From IMG/VR virus record IMGVR_UViG_2671180543_000002: DNA of 7,129 bases; one strand, given 5' to 3'. A program made the position numbers and the translations under genes. The notes beneath the pieces are model-generated. The model was not told the DNA's origin. It did no database searches and saw nothing but the letters and a program-made list of their open reading frames with translations. Positions 6,942 through 7,129 of this stretch are shown here, piece by piece; within the stretch, counting starts at the first letter, position 1, and the number at the start of each line of letters is the position of its first letter. The DNA comes from a virus. Its lineage: Duplodnaviria; Heunggongvirae; Uroviricota; Caudoviricetes.

Positions 6942-7129
6942 TGGATTTGCCCCTATATTTCCAGACATCTGTTATCACTTAACCCATTACAAGCCCGCTG
7001 CCGCAGATATTCCCGTGGCGAGCGATAACCCAGCGCACTATGCGGATGCCATTCGTTATAATGCTCGACCGCCTCTGCAAGGTTCTTTGCTGCCGTTAAC
7101 CCGTCTGGTTTGGGCATGATACTGATGTA
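6942..7129 (-). mobile_element. IS2-like element, right end (partial; the element continues past the window end), with its terminal inverted repeat starting at 6942
   Basis: Same terminal sequence as at 5802..5860, here continuing into the transposase coding sequence. Confidence 0.8.
6953..7129 (-). CDS. insD: IS2 / IS3-family transposase OrfB, 3' end only (5' part outside the window)
   Basis: Minus-strand translation ...[54 protein letters not shown], stop at 6953..6955; the HYNE..HSALGY..P motif is typical of IS3-family integrase C-termini. Confidence 0.7.
   Translation of the reverse strand, partial: YISIMPKPDGLTAAKNLAEAVEHYNEWHPHSALGYRSPREYLRQRACNGLSDNRCLEI

Noticed and set aside
6942-7119. 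C-terminal part of plus-strand ORF 6355..7119 (...[44 protein letters not shown]...)
   Set aside because: This is IS2 sequence read on the wrong strand and frame. The same peptide appears in the tiny ORF 5756..5941, which spans the N gap; the real coding information here is the IS2 transposase 3' end on the minus strand.
1-7129. CRISPR arrays, tRNA/rRNA genes, toxin-antitoxin or other defence systems
   Set aside because: No direct-repeat/spacer periodicity, no tRNA-like structures, and no ORFs with recognisable defence-system motifs were seen; the content is explained by phage structural genes, IS2 and one disrupted beta-helix gene.

Overview
The window is mostly a phage head-morphogenesis module on the minus strand (about 12..5801), followed by IS2 fragments and a disrupted low-GC beta-helix gene. 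Gene order on the minus strand is: terminase large subunit (3' half only) -> portal -> Mu F-like minor head protein -> prohead protease/scaffold -> small decoration-like protein -> major capsid -> 81-aa protein. The terminase is cut at 5802 by the terminal repeat of an IS2-like element and also carries an internal frameshift, so this looks like a defective prophage or an error-prone draft assembly. A 10-N gap (5861..5870) follows. Beyond it lies a plus-strand pectate-lyase-like gene that is frameshifted and truncated at 6942 by a second copy of the same IS2 end, which carries the 3' end of the IS2 transposase. I found no CRISPR array, tRNA or rRNA, and no recognisable defence or toxin system; the points worth a second look are frameshifts, a nested scaffold start and the IS/assembly structure. 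All family assignments rest on reading the translated ORFs, motifs and gene order by eye; no database search was run.
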